Part shown: positions 14,201-25,180 of the stretch, one piece after another
Layout: each line of letters opens with the position of its first letter
How positions within the stretch are numbered: the first letter of the stretch is position 1
Assembly (NCBI GenBank): GCA_964016885.1
Contig: OZ024747.1
Span: 87,544,001 to 87,608,000, forward strand
DNA: 64,000 nucleotides
Reading direction: 5' to 3'
Source: Eledone cirrhosa
Taxonomy: Eukaryota
Program-made: the position numbers and the translations under genes
Notes under the pieces: model-generated
What the model was told of the DNA's origin: nothing
What the model saw: only the letters and a program-made list of their open reading frames with translations
Database searches by the model: none

Positions 14201-17200
14201 ATTGAAGTAAGTCACTTTGTCATGTTATACCAGACATAATCTAATGTTAATTATGAATGTAAACGTGTAGATGGTGTTGATAATATGAAAAGTGTGTATC
14301 TCTTTTAATGGTTTCAGTCATTAGACAACAGTAATGCTGATGCACCACCTTTAAAGAATTTAGTCGATCTTAGAACTTTTTTTAAGTTGTGTACTTATTT
14401 TACTGATCCTTTTTATATAACCCGTGAATGTCTTCATGTGTTTCTATTTTTTAAAGGCAATATTTGGTCATAATTTTTTTTTAATATTTACTTCTGCATC
14501 CATGGATTGATATTTCTCAGTTTCAGAAGATCCTGCTTTAGGGTGAAAGCAGAAACTGTTTGCTTAAAATTTTAATCTGTACTAATAATAAATATTTGCT
14601 CTATGGGTTTATATATACTTATATGTATATACCTCTTACTGAGTCCTCTCCTGATTTTCATCCATCATTGTATTTATTATTACTACTATATATATATATA
14701 AACGTTTGTATATGTATAATAAAGCCAAAACAACGCAGGTATGGACATAGAATAAAGAATGCAAATGCAAAAGATATTGTTGACAATTTGTCTTTTACCT
14801 TAGATTTATTTAAATGTCCTAAATTTTCGAGATAATATCTCTTCTTCAGAGGGAATAAAGTTGTCAAACAATATCTTTTGCATTTGCATTCTTTATTCTA
14901 TGTCCATACCTGCATTGTTTTGGCTTTATTATACATATACAAACGTTTATACCTCATTACACAATGCTTCAAGTGAACTATAACCTCCTCCTATATATAT
15001 ATATATAAATCTCACAAATCACAACACTATATTTTTTTTGTCACATCACCAGTCTGAAGAGCAAGTCAATAATGGAGTCAGATCCGTAACTCCTATGGGT
15101 GACCAATTCTCTGTGAAATGCACATAAGAGGTCGATACACAATAAAAAATCTAATACATGTAAACAAAACTGCTTGTGCATAGAGTGCTTGTTTTGGTAC
15201 CACCACCAGTAATTCACTGAATCACCTACACCATATATATAGTAGTGAAAGAGTGAAGAATAACATGGTTGGCTGTACAAAAAGGGTTTTATTTACAGTA
15301 TTAACAATTGTTTCATTGATCAGGTGAGTCTAAAGGCCGCTAATCACTCGAAGTTGCACCACTCGACCTTAAATACAGTGTGTCTCTGATGATTTGATCA
15401 GAGACACACTGTATTTAAGGTCGAGTGATTAGCTGCCTTTAGACTCACCTGATCAATGAAACAATTGTTAATACTGTAAATAAAACCCTTTTTGTACAGC
15501 CGACCATGTTATTCTTCACTCTTTCACTACTATATATAATATATATATATACCATTAGATGATGAAACTGATGACATATATATAGGATGGGTACAGTTTC
15601 TATCTATCAAAATTCACTCACATTAGTCAAACTCATGGCTATTGCTCAAGATACTCTGCAGTGAGAGTGAACTTGAAATCATAGTTGTGAAACCAACTCC
15701 TTAACGACAAAACCATGCCTACGCCTATATTAATTAGTAAAAGATATAAAAATTCTTTTTTTTTTATCCATTCAGAAATAAAAATTTAAAATAATCCTTA
15801 ACTTTCAAGTATATGAGGAGGGGTTGGAAACTTAAAGCTTAAGATAACAGTGTCATCATAGCATTGGGTGGTCTATTAAGTTGTATGTTATTGTTGTAAA
15901 GGATACACCGGCTTTTCATTTCAATTCAAAGATATTAACAGCTTTAGCTGGTCCCCAATCTGATGCTAGAATGTCACGAGATCTTTCACTATAATTAATT
16001 TTTATTTATATATTCATGAATTTATTTATTTATTCTATGAAAAATGTATGATATTTGTGTTATATTCACACCAAACTTCCTCCATAATAATTAAAATAAC
16101 TGTAAATTTAAAAGATATTATCTCCAAAGGAGGTATTTAATATTGTTGCTCTTGGTGTTTATTATTATTAATGTTATGTGTTAAGTTGGGAGTATCAGTA
16201 GGGTATCGGACAACATGCTTTGTGGCATAGAGTTACGGCTCTTTACGTTCTGGGTTCAAATCCTGCTGGGGTTAACTTTGCCTTTTATCCCTACAGTGTT
16301 GATAAATAAAGTACCAGTAATGCACTGAGGTTGATTTAATCGACTTACTCCCAAAATTGTTGTCCGTGTACCTAAATTTGAACCCATCATTATTGTTACT
16401 GGTACTTTATTCTATTGACCCCCGTAATGATGAAAGGCAAAGTGGGATTTGAACTCAGAACATAAGGGTTGCTTAGAGTTACAGCCTTTTACGTTCTGTG
16501 TTCAAATCCCTAAGAGGTTAGCTTTGCCTTTCATCCTTACAGGGTCAATAAATAAAGTAGCAGTAATGTACTGAGGTCCATTTAATTGACTTTCTTCTCT
16601 CCAAAAATTGCTGGCCTTGTGCCTAAATCAGAAACCATTATTATTATTGTTGTTATTGTTGTTGTATGATATTAGTTTTACATAGTGTTACTATGGTAAC
16701 AAGAAGCAGCAACATGGCCAGTTTCTTTTGTTTAAATGAGATTATCTTTGATGAGAATCAATAAGAATGAATAGCTATGATAATAACATAATTAAATCAA
16801 TATGAAGCATTGTTTCAATGATTCTTCATATTGACTTAATTATTTATCTGTTAATAGAATAAAAGAAATTTCGGAAGAATTCCCAAAAGATACTTTGTAA
16901 TATTAGACAAATGAATAAAGAAATTATTCAGTAGAGACATTTCAAAAGATATAAATGACATATGTTTGTTGTTGTTGTTACAGTTACAGTTCATACCTAC
17001 GTAGTTTTCTCAGTTGTTTTAATGCTAGGAACCCCAAATTCATCATAAAAAGATCCCCCCATAAAACCGGATGCCTGTCTGTTGCAGGAGTTAACCCCCA
17101 ACTGTTGTTACTGTTATTTCTTTTCAACTGAATGGACTGGAGCAACATGAAATGAAATGTGCTCCAGAACACAACATATTGCCCTGGCCAGGAATCAATC

Positions 17201-20200
17201 CCATGGCTTTATGATCATGAGTCCAACACCATAACATCTAGATCACAGGCTTTCACTTGTTTATGGCAGAAACACTAAAGTGTCAAATGAAATGTGTATC
17301 ACATTTTTTAGAATATGTACACTGTATCCCTGCATGTTGTAACAGGTGACTAAAAGGATTGACATCAGGAAGGGTATCTTAGCCCTAAAATGCTGCCAAC
17401 ATGGAAAAGCGATTATAAAAATGATGCTGAACAATAATATTTACTGCAGCTCCCAGCATTTTGAGTTCAAACCCTGTTGAATTCAACTTTGCCTTTCATC
17501 TTTTTGAAGGCAAGAAAGGGCCAGTTTAGGGTAGTGTACTAACACAGCCATTAGAGTGTTAAGCAGTATTTGCTCCAACACTTTGCATTCTGAATTTAAA
17601 TCCTGCTGAGGTCAACCTTGTTTTTCATCCTACAGGAGTTGATAAATAAAGTACCATTCTAGGGCAGGGTACTAACAGAAGCCATTAGAGTATCAGACAG
17701 GATGATCTGTGGCATTTATTCCAACTCATTGTGTTACAAGTTCAAATGCTACCATGGCCCACTTGGGTGTTAGACTTAATCCATTACCTGGTTTCACACC
17801 ACCACCCTACCCTGCTCAACACATTACAACTCACATCTCCCTTCACAGTAGTACTTTATCAAGTTTGCAAATTTAGATAAGTTTACATGTGCTCTGGAAA
17901 GAGAAGAATTATTAATATTAGAATTCATGATTCTTCTTCAAAGCCTACGCCATGCCCTAGGCCTAGAGCCCATCCCCCTCCCTCTTCTCCCTCCCATTCT
18001 TCTGTGACCCTAGAGCCCTTGCCCTTCTCTTCATTTTCCGTTTTTAAATATCTGTAGTGTTGTTCTTTTTTTTATTTATTAATAAAACATATTTAGCTGA
18101 TAAACTTAATTGATATTTGCAAATTTTATTTACTGATTTTTGTTTGTTTGTTTTTACAGTTTTAACCTTTTCATTACCATAATTCTTATGAAATACATTG
18201 CCTATAATTTTTAAATAATTTTAAAGATAAACAATGTTCTGAAGAGATTTAGTAATATAACTAACTTCATTATTAAGCTGCAGTTTGGAGTATTGTTTAA
18301 CAAAGGTTCTAACATGAAATTATGAGGAAACAGTTCTGTATTGTAGAACCAGGGATGGTTTAAGGCAGTTTGGTATCAGAAAGATTAAAACTTTAACTAC
18401 CTCAATCCAACTTTACTTTAGTGACCCAACACTCTTTCCTTAAAACATTTATTTGCATTTTTTTTTTTTGTCTTTTTTCAGGGAGATAAACTAATGCGAC
18501 TTCCAAATTTAACGTATGACAAAAGAGATTTACTCAATAGTTTAAGTTTAGGGACTGAAGGTCCTGAAGAACTTGTAGAAGCAGAAGATTATTTGATGCC
18601 ACAATCATCACATGTAGCTTCAGAGGGTAATGGAGACAACAATAATGATGATTCAAAGGTAAGAATATATAGTAAAATACTTCTATATGTATTTTACATC
18701 CTCTTTTCATGCTGGTATAGGTTGGATGGGTTGTCATGGTTTGAGACTGGACAGGTTGATGAGCTTTGTCTTGTTTGTACATTCCATTTTGGCATGGTTT
18801 CTACAGCTGGATACCCTTCTTAATGCTAACCACTTTACAGAGTGTACTATGTGCATTTTATCCTTGGCACCAACCACAATATATAAATACACATAGATTT
18901 TATACTATGTGTGTGTCACTTAGTTATAGCATTTCTGGGCAGAATAATAACCAGTGATGAAAAGTGGGTAATGTACAATAATATCCAAAGAAAATGACAA
19001 AGGTTATCACCTAATGAAAAGGAGGAAACCACACCCAAACTAGGATTACACCCAGAAAAAGTCATGCTCTGTATTAGGTGGGATATGAATGGTCATCTAT
19101 CATGATGTGTTGAACTCAGGTGAGACAATTAATGCTAAGTATTGTCACCAACTGGAATCATTACATCAAAATTTGCAGAAAAAGCAACCAGCTTTGGCGA
19201 ATCAGAAAGATGTGTTGCCCTTACATGGCAATGCAAGACTACATATCGCCTGAATTACACACAACATTTTTACACATAATATGGAATTTTTACCTCATCC
19301 TCCTTATTCACCTGACCTTTCTCCATCAGATTATCATCTTTTCAAATCATTGCAACATTTTGATAATGGAAAACGGTTTACTAATTGAGAAAAGGTAAAA
19401 ATGGACATTGAATTTATGATAGAGAGATCAACATCTTGCCAGCCAGATGGGATTATGTTACTAAAAATGAGGGAAAATATTATCTTGATTGAATATATAC
19501 ATCATAACCAAATAAACGTCTTTTTGTCTTTTCCTTTCCTCGTCAAAAAAGCAACAAGACTTTGTATCCAACCTAATAATCATATATGTGTGTATATACA
19601 CTCACACAAATTCTCACACAGACACTCATAGATAGACTGTGATAGAGAGAGAATATGAAGTATTCTTTTCTTTGTTTCTACTAGCTATATATGGTTACTA
19701 ATGTTTGTATGTGTGTACATGTGTCTGCCTACTTTTCTTTTAATCTATAATGTTCATCTTATTGCCTTTGCAGGTAGCTTCAGAAAATTGTCCTGAAGAT
19801 GTCTTTCACTCAGATGCTGGTGCTGAAAAACAAAATGAACTTGATACTAGACGTCGAGAAAAACGTTATGGCCATCTTGAATCTGCAGCAGCTGCTCGAC
19901 ATCAACGACAGATGAATCCCCGTCACAGGGGACGAGAAGATAGCATTAATTCTCGTTATAGTACCGATCCTATTAAATATTCAAGAGATAGAGGTATATA
20001 TATATAAATATATATATATATATGTAAATATGACCATTATTGCTCCAACCAGTCTATTCACCTTCAATAACTACCCTGAATATTCATATACTACACCTAT
20101 ACTACACACACACATATATATAGAACAAATGCAAGCAATCATTGAATACCCTGTGTGTAAAAAATACACTTGGAAAACAAAGCCAACAATAAACAAAGCA

Positions 20201-22009
20201 TCTGGTGGACAAGACTATCGGATTCCAAACTTGTAAAAATTACATTCATAAAAACCAAGCTAATCATGAACTAAATGTTTATATTAGAGCTAAGACACTC
20301 CTAAAATCCATACCTCAGACATCATCCATATATCCCAACCCTTAAAATATGTATATATATGTGTGTGTTTAGAAAAGAGTGAGTGGAATTTGAAACAAGC
20401 TGTATGACTAAATGGAATTCTGAATGAAAATGTTTTAAAAGCCAGCCCTTCCAAGCCCTAGTAACAGTTACCACTGATAAATATATTGTAGGTGATAAAG
20501 TTTAAAATTCTATACAATATTTATAAAATGTTACCTTACTGAATAATGGCATATGATAAATATCTTTCTTTTATTGTAGATGATATCAAGGAACTTGATC
20601 CAAACCACCTGATGGAAATTGAACCCAAACTCATCCCGACTGCACCATTCCATTCCTCTCGTCAGTTACCTGTTGATGAAGATGATTATCTTCAACCAAA
20701 GTCTGTAAACCCAGCAGCTTACATTGATATTAATGGCAGTATAGGTATGTGGCCATTACATTTGGGTGTGTGTGTCTTTGTGTGTTTTAAATGATGTTTA
20801 TAAATAGGAACAGCAGTTGAGAGAAGATAGTAGAAGCAGGTAGATATGTAGTGAGGTGAGTTAGAGAGAGAGAAAAACTGAAAGGGGAGATTGGGGAGAG
20901 ATAGTAGTAAAAGTAAATTAGAATAACACAATTAATAAAAGGAAGATGGTTGGGACAATCACTCATATGTCTTTTTGACATAATAAATTTTCATTGTGCA
21001 TTGATACATGCATCTGGCACTACTTGTTAATGCATGCTGCAGTTTTTCACTTAATGAAATCTTTTGATCCTGCCCACTGAGATATAATGTTCTCCCATTC
21101 AGTATGAATCACTGTTGACTTAACACTAATTCCTTCACTGATGTTACATGTCCATCACAATAGCACCCCATCATGGGGTATATATTTTTCTTTCTATGTC
21201 ATTGGTGGTTTACTCCCCTAGTGATTAAGGTTTTGTCTCACACCTACCCTTAGGTGTGTCTGGCATAGTTGAACTTTCTAGAAGTTTGACATCCTATCAG
21301 TATAGTTTTCCAGATCAAGAAACAAACAAGCCACTCTACCTCAAGTAGAGGGTGGCCATTGACTTTCAAAAGTTCCTCTGCCCTTTGATTTATTTTGTTT
21401 TTCATCACACAGAGTGTCCAAAATTTATGATGATGATGATGATGATACATAATAAACAGTTTTGTATTGCAGAAACAGATAGTTTCAAGCTGTTTAATAT
21501 CAATGCAGGTCACAATATCATACTTTTACTTCTACCTACTCTGTTATAAAGCGGATGTTTCACTCTCTTCATGATAATGTGATTGGTGCTTCGAAAAAGC
21601 TTTAGTTATAATAACCTCTTTATCTATAATTAGTTTAATGAACAAATATGTATATAACTACCAAACTGAAATGTTAAATGAATATTAACTAAAAAATGAA
21701 AACTTCATTAATTGTATTTTCTTTTTTTTTTATCCTTTTACAGATAATTACAAGAACAGTTATGAACCAACAAATGATGAATTAATGAAAGACATTCTTG
21801 GGGCTACTACTATGGCTTCTGTGGAAAACCCTGAATATTTTGAACAGAACAATAGAACTGCTCCTCTTCCACCTGGTGCTGGTGATAGTTTCCGGTGGAA
21901 AGATGGCAATGGTGTTACTTACTACAATGATATTTCCAAGCTTGATAAAGCACATCGAGAATTACAGCCCTTAATAATAAGTGATGTCAACTCAGAAACA
22001 AGAGTGTGA
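1846..22009 (+). CDS. EGFR: Epidermal growth factor receptor (EGFR/ErbB) gene, 5'-partial; 17 coding exons in window
   Basis: Exons 1846-2045, 3834-3961, 4415-4583, 5862-6110, 6873-6988, 8806-8971, 9596-9709, 9977-10261, 11033-11096, 11552-11643, 12625-12700, 13654-13800, 14109-14206, 18482-18658, 19774-19993, 20580-20744, 21744-22009, all AG/GT bounded with matching phases. Encodes furin-like Cys repeats ([10 protein letters not shown]), a TM helix, kinase motifs [70 protein letters not shown], and a tail with ENPEYF ending ETRV*. N-terminal L domains lie upstream of the window. Confidence 0.97.
2821..3240 (-). mobile_element. Penelope-like element reverse transcriptase fragment (degenerate)
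   Basis: LLDKALEF...[22 protein letters not shown]...GLYCDNGL (decayed YRDDG)...GLKIT...[10 protein letters not shown], matching the MGS(F/Y)DGAE/YRDDG type of PLE RT; truncated by a (TG)n tract. Confidence 0.8.
3834..3961 (+). CDS. EGFR: EGFR exon, Cys-rich
   Basis: tttcag| [22 protein letters not shown]...[10 protein letters not shown] |gtacag. Confidence 0.92.
4415..4583 (+). CDS. EGFR: EGFR exon, Cys-rich
   Basis: caag| [16 protein letters not shown]...ECPDGFH...GKI |gtaag. Confidence 0.92.
4937..5355. mobile_element. Non-autonomous hAT (Charlie-like) MITE containing a minisatellite
   Basis: TIRs CAGGCAATGTCAAAC / GTTTGACATGCCTG; perfect 8-bp TSD ATATAGGA at 4929-4936 and 5356-5363. 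Confidence 0.85.
4964..5221 (+). repeat. 31-bp tandem minisatellite, 8 full units plus a partial
   Basis: Unit GAGG(G/T)CCACATGGGTCACATATGTGTTGTCT starting at 4964, 4995, 5026 ... 5212. Confidence 0.95.
5862..6110 (+). CDS. EGFR: EGFR exon, Cys-rich
   Basis: ttcag| [12 protein letters not shown]...[25 protein letters not shown]...ETM |gtaat. Confidence 0.93.
6873..6988 (+). CDS. EGFR: EGFR exon, membrane-proximal ectodomain
   Basis: gtag| [13 protein letters not shown]...VAEK |gtaag. Confidence 0.9.
7024..7200 (-). mobile_element. tRNA-derived SINE copy
   Basis: Near-identical reverse complement of 13223-13410. Confidence 0.87.
8806..8971 (+). CDS. EGFR: EGFR exon, transmembrane and juxtamembrane
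   Basis: taaag| [37 protein letters not shown]...DENE |gtaaa. Confidence 0.9.
9596..9709 (+). CDS. EGFR: EGFR exon, juxtamembrane and P-loop
   Basis: [38 protein letters not shown]. Confidence 0.95.
9977..10261 (+). CDS. EGFR: EGFR exon, kinase N-lobe and hinge
   Basis: [19 protein letters not shown]...[16 protein letters not shown]...[10 protein letters not shown]. Confidence 0.96.
11033..11096 (+). CDS. EGFR: EGFR exon, catalytic loop
   Basis: [21 protein letters not shown]. Confidence 0.95.
11552..11643 (+). CDS. EGFR: EGFR exon, activation loop
   Basis: [30 protein letters not shown]. Confidence 0.95.
11900..12497 (+). mobile_element. Degenerate RTE-group LINE 3' fragment
   Basis: [15 protein letters not shown]; ends ccaacccatg...ggaaaagcagacg(tga)n. 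Confidence 0.82.
12625..12700 (+). CDS. EGFR: EGFR exon, kinase
   Basis: [25 protein letters not shown]. Confidence 0.95.
13223..13410 (+). mobile_element. tRNA-derived SINE (representative of at least 10 copies)
   Basis: A-box TGGCAGTAGCGG, B-box GAGTTCAAATCC, conserved core actttgcctttcatccttacggggtcgataaaataaagtaccag; other copies ~7024-7200(-), 10345-10525(+), 16186-16640, 30905-31047(-), 37847-38025(-), 42977-43137(-), 43550-43740(-), 45429-45541(-), 57763-57975(-). Confidence 0.88.
13654..13800 (+). CDS. EGFR: EGFR exon, kinase C-lobe
   Basis: [15 protein letters not shown]...[23 protein letters not shown]. Confidence 0.95.
14109..14206 (+). CDS. EGFR: EGFR exon, end of kinase
   Basis: [33 protein letters not shown]. 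Confidence 0.95.
14697..14951. repeat. Fold-back inverted repeat (~90-bp arms) enclosing a hammerhead motif
   Basis: 14697-14787 is a near-perfect reverse complement of 14860-14951; (TA)n on the left. Confidence 0.9.
14818..14852 (-). ncRNA. Minimal type I hammerhead ribozyme motif
   Basis: Minus strand reads CCT CTGAAGA A GAGAT-ATT-ATCTC GAAA ATT T AGG: stem I CCT/AGG, hairpin stem II, palindromic stem III AATT. Confidence 0.6.
15234..15537. repeat. ~300-bp near-perfect palindrome with hammerhead-like motifs
   Basis: Arms 15234-15390 and 15397-15537, 6-nt loop, one ~15-nt bulge in the left arm; TA-repeat flanks. Confidence 0.92.
18482..18658 (+). CDS. EGFR: EGFR exon, C-terminal tail
   Basis: [11 protein letters not shown]...[11 protein letters not shown]...DDSK. 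Confidence 0.93.
18930..19578 (+). mobile_element. Degenerate mariner (DD34D-type) remnant
   Basis: Frameshifted [13 protein letters not shown] ... [16 protein letters not shown]; 3' TIR-like end ...ctttgtatccaacctaata. Confidence 0.85.
19774..19993 (+). CDS. EGFR: EGFR exon, C-terminal tail
   Basis: [11 protein letters not shown]...[17 protein letters not shown] (RYSxDP is conserved in EGFR tails). Confidence 0.9.
20580..20744 (+). CDS. EGFR: EGFR exon, C-terminal tail
   Basis: DIKELDP...[13 protein letters not shown]...YIDINGSI. Confidence 0.9.
21744..22009 (+). CDS. EGFR: EGFR terminal coding exon
   Basis: NYKNSYEP...SVENPEYF...YYND...NSETRV*. Confidence 0.92.
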
Positions 22010-22839
22010 TTGTGTAAGACTAACGACTGTGGGTATTAGCAGTCGCAACAGTAACAAAAAGATTTTGTTCATGCTGACATTATCCTCCCCTTTTTTAATG
22101 TCACTGATACAAAGCCCTGTGCCAAGCAAATTGGAGTCAAATTTGAAACCAGACAACACCATCAATAGTTGCCCAATTATTAAATATTAATGGCATAATT
22201 TGATAAACTATCTTCCTTACTCTGCCCCATATGACTCCTATAAAAAAAAAGGGGGGAGGGAAAAGAGCAGTAGGGACATGTTTGTATATTTCATTGATCT
22301 TTTGTAGTAAAAGTACAAAAAATATGTAAAAAAAAAAAAAGAGAAAGTATGTATGTGTGTGTGTATGTATATATGTGTATGAGTGTGTCTGCTTGTATAT
22401 AAATTAAAAGACTGAATGGAAATGAAACTTCAAACAGCTGAGACATATACCATACCATTAAACAGTGATTTGGCCTTTTATAACTCAATAACAGTTCTTT
22501 ATGCCTAAATTAGAAACCAGGGATTTGCACCAGCAATCATATTAAAATAATTTTTCTACAATTGTGAAAATCATGAGTATAAATAATCAATAACCAATGC
22601 ATATTGCAAACTAATGTTCACCCACAAGAGGCCCACCAGTCACAGTTACTGTATTTAAGAATTATCTTATAAAGAGTACTGAAAGAAGGCCTAGAATGTG
22701 TGGAAACTCTCTAAAGGAATTTCTAACCAGAGGTTGCCAATTTCAGATAATCCCTATTTATGTATATATATATATACATTGCAAGCAGGGAAAAGCGGAC
22801 GTAAAATGATGATGATGATGATGATATATATATATATAT

Positions 22840-23008
22840 ATAGGAACGAGTAGGACGCCAACGGCTGAGCTCAAGCCGTTTCGACGGCTAATTCTGGACT
22901 GAATTAGCCGTCGGGGTCCTACTCGTTCCTATTACCCACTCTACTACCCTAAGTATTGAGTACTTTGGTGCGTTATGGTCCACCTGGTTCCTTACCACAT
23001 TTCTTCCG

Positions 23009-23010
<2 letters not shown>
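22840..23010. repeat. Three-way-junction (Y-shaped) fold-back element between (TA)n tracts
   Basis: Outer stem ATAGGAACGAGTAGGAC/GTCCTACTCGTTCCTAT; inner hairpins AACGGCT/AGCCGTT and CGACGGCTAATTC/GAATTAGCCGTCG. Confidence 0.9.
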
Positions 23011-23068
<58 letters not shown>

Positions 23069-23220
23069 GAATGTAAAGTAAATTTGAGAATGTTTTTTTA
23101 GTAAATGATGTTAAGCTTCTTGCCTTTCATAGCGAGGCCATACAATGTGTATTTACTAAAACCACACACTCATTAGACTATCTTATATTCCTGCTTATCC
23201 TAAAAGTACTGTATCATTTT

Positions 23221-23266
<46 letters not shown>

Positions 23267-23369
23267 TCTTGTGGCACATAATCAAAATATAAATCCACAA
23301 TAAATAGAAACTATTAAAGTAGCAGTTGATCTCTTTTATATGCAAAATCTGTCTGCCAACTGAACAATA

Positions 23370-23620
23370 TATATTTATATTCATACATGGAACAAAAGCA
23401 CTACCTAAGTTTTCAAGGCCCTATTTCGCCCATATCACCAGATTGTAACCTAGTCTTTAGGTGCTTGAATGAGTTTGAAGATACCATTAATGGTATCTTC
23501 AAATTTGCACCTGAAGACTAGGTCACAAATTTAATCCCTCTTACAATCTGGGTAGATGGTCAAATCAGGACCTTGAAACCTTAGGTAATACGTTTGTTCT
23601 GTATATGAACATAAATAAAT
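23370..23620. repeat. Diverged palindrome made of two inverted hammerhead-bearing arms
   Basis: Central perfect palindrome tttgaagataccattaatggtatcttcaaa 23474-23503; + arm GCAC CTGAAGA...GAAA CCTTAGG TA; - arm AGCAC CTAAAGA...GAAA ACTTAGG TA GTGCT. Confidence 0.8.
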
Positions 23621-23939
23621 AATATATCAGCTTGCATACCTGATTAAACACTGCTTTTCTTTTTCACATCCACCGATATTTTACTACATATACATACATA
23701 TATATATATACACTCTTTCAATATGATACTAAAATACATTTCATCCACCTACTAATACCTGTTTACTGAAGGCCATACCACACCCACCAATATCCATATA
23801 TGGAATCCTCTTCAAGTAAAACTTTTTCACTGTTATAGTCCTGTCCTTTACATTTATTAAACATTTTGCCAAATCAATGTCACATTTTTTTGTCTTAAAT
23901 ACACAAACAAACTGATAATTAGTTGTATGGGAAAACCAC

Positions 23940-24630
23940 AAGTGCATTTGACAAGCTCCGTCATCATCTTTAGAATGTGAGGGGCATTAAACTGGACACC
24001 AAAATACAGGTTTATAAAGCTGTTGTACTGACTACACTCTTATATGGATCAGAATCTTGGACTCCATATAAGTCACACATCAACCAACTAGACATCTTTC
24101 ATAAAGATTGTCTTTATGCAATCTGTGGGTACACACTCAAAGAGAAAATATCTAATGCTGACCTCTTCACTAAGTGCAAGATTGGAGGCATTGAAACCTT
24201 TCTTATGAAATCGCAATTATGCTGGGCTGGTCATGTCATCAGAATGAGTGACAAAAGAATATCAAAAGTCCTCGTGTACAGCCAGATCAATGGTGGATGG
24301 CCAGACAAGCTGAAAAGTAATCTTTCAGGAACCAATATATTTTATGAGACATTTGAGGAAGTGGCCTTGCATTGGAAGAACTGGAGTTCTATGTGTCATA
24401 ATGGGATCAGGAACTTTGTGTCCAGTTGTATCCATTAGCAGAAGGAGAAAAGCATTTCAAACATACCAGTAGCATTATCCACTAAACTTCACCCTTGCAC
24501 GATTTGTGGACTTGCTTGCAAATCCTTGGCAGGTCTAAAATGTCATGACCGATATAAACATCCAAACTGAATGAACTGAATAGGTTGTTCAGATCCCCAT
24601 ACATCAATGTCAACAGGAGAGACCATGATT
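23940..24630 (+). mobile_element. RTE (BovB-like) LINE 3' fragment
   Basis: RGIKLDTKIQVYKAVVLTTLLYGSESWT...QLCWAGHVIRMSD, then a C2H2-like CTICGLACKSLAGLKCH. Confidence 0.85.
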
Positions 24631-24904
24631 ATATATATATTTATATATATATATATAACAGCATACAATGTTTGCAAATTCATATAGATAGAAAACATAC
24701 ATAGGTGTGTGTGTGTGTATTTGATAAAATGGATTATAAGTACGTACTTAAAGCATTACTTTATTCATCAGTGGCCATAAAAAGCTGTTTACCACATATA
24801 CACATCAGACTCTATACACTTCTAATATAAGAGTTAATTGAAGACGTTTTTTCTTTCTTTTTGTATAATAAAACTAAAAAAACACATACATATATACATA
24901 CATA

Positions 24905-25144
24905 CTCTCAGGTCCCAAATAATAGGGATGGTTGGGAAATAAGTAATTGTATAGTGTACGTTCGTAAATATGGGATTTCTTGTAATGTACTTTTTTTGTC
25001 ATATAATGTTTTTAATGTAAAATATAATAATTATTAGATTCTCCAGCTGCTGTATGAATATGAATCACTTACAATAAAATTTCACTGGAGATAGATTAGC
25101 AAAATTTAATAAGCAAGGGCAGGTCGATTATTCAAGACTTGAGA

Positions 25145-25145
<1 letters not shown>
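24905..25145. mobile_element. TA-flanked MITE (Tc1/mariner-like)
   Basis: TA-CTCTCAGGTCCCAAATAAT ... ATTATTCAAGACTTGAGAG-TA imperfect TIRs. Confidence 0.65.

Positions 25146-25180
<35 letters not shown>

Noticed and set aside
22840-22932. Parvovirus/densovirus Y-shaped terminal hairpin
   Set aside because: No NS1 or capsid remnants nearby; TA-repeat context and a motif shared with 48.2 kb favour a retroelement origin
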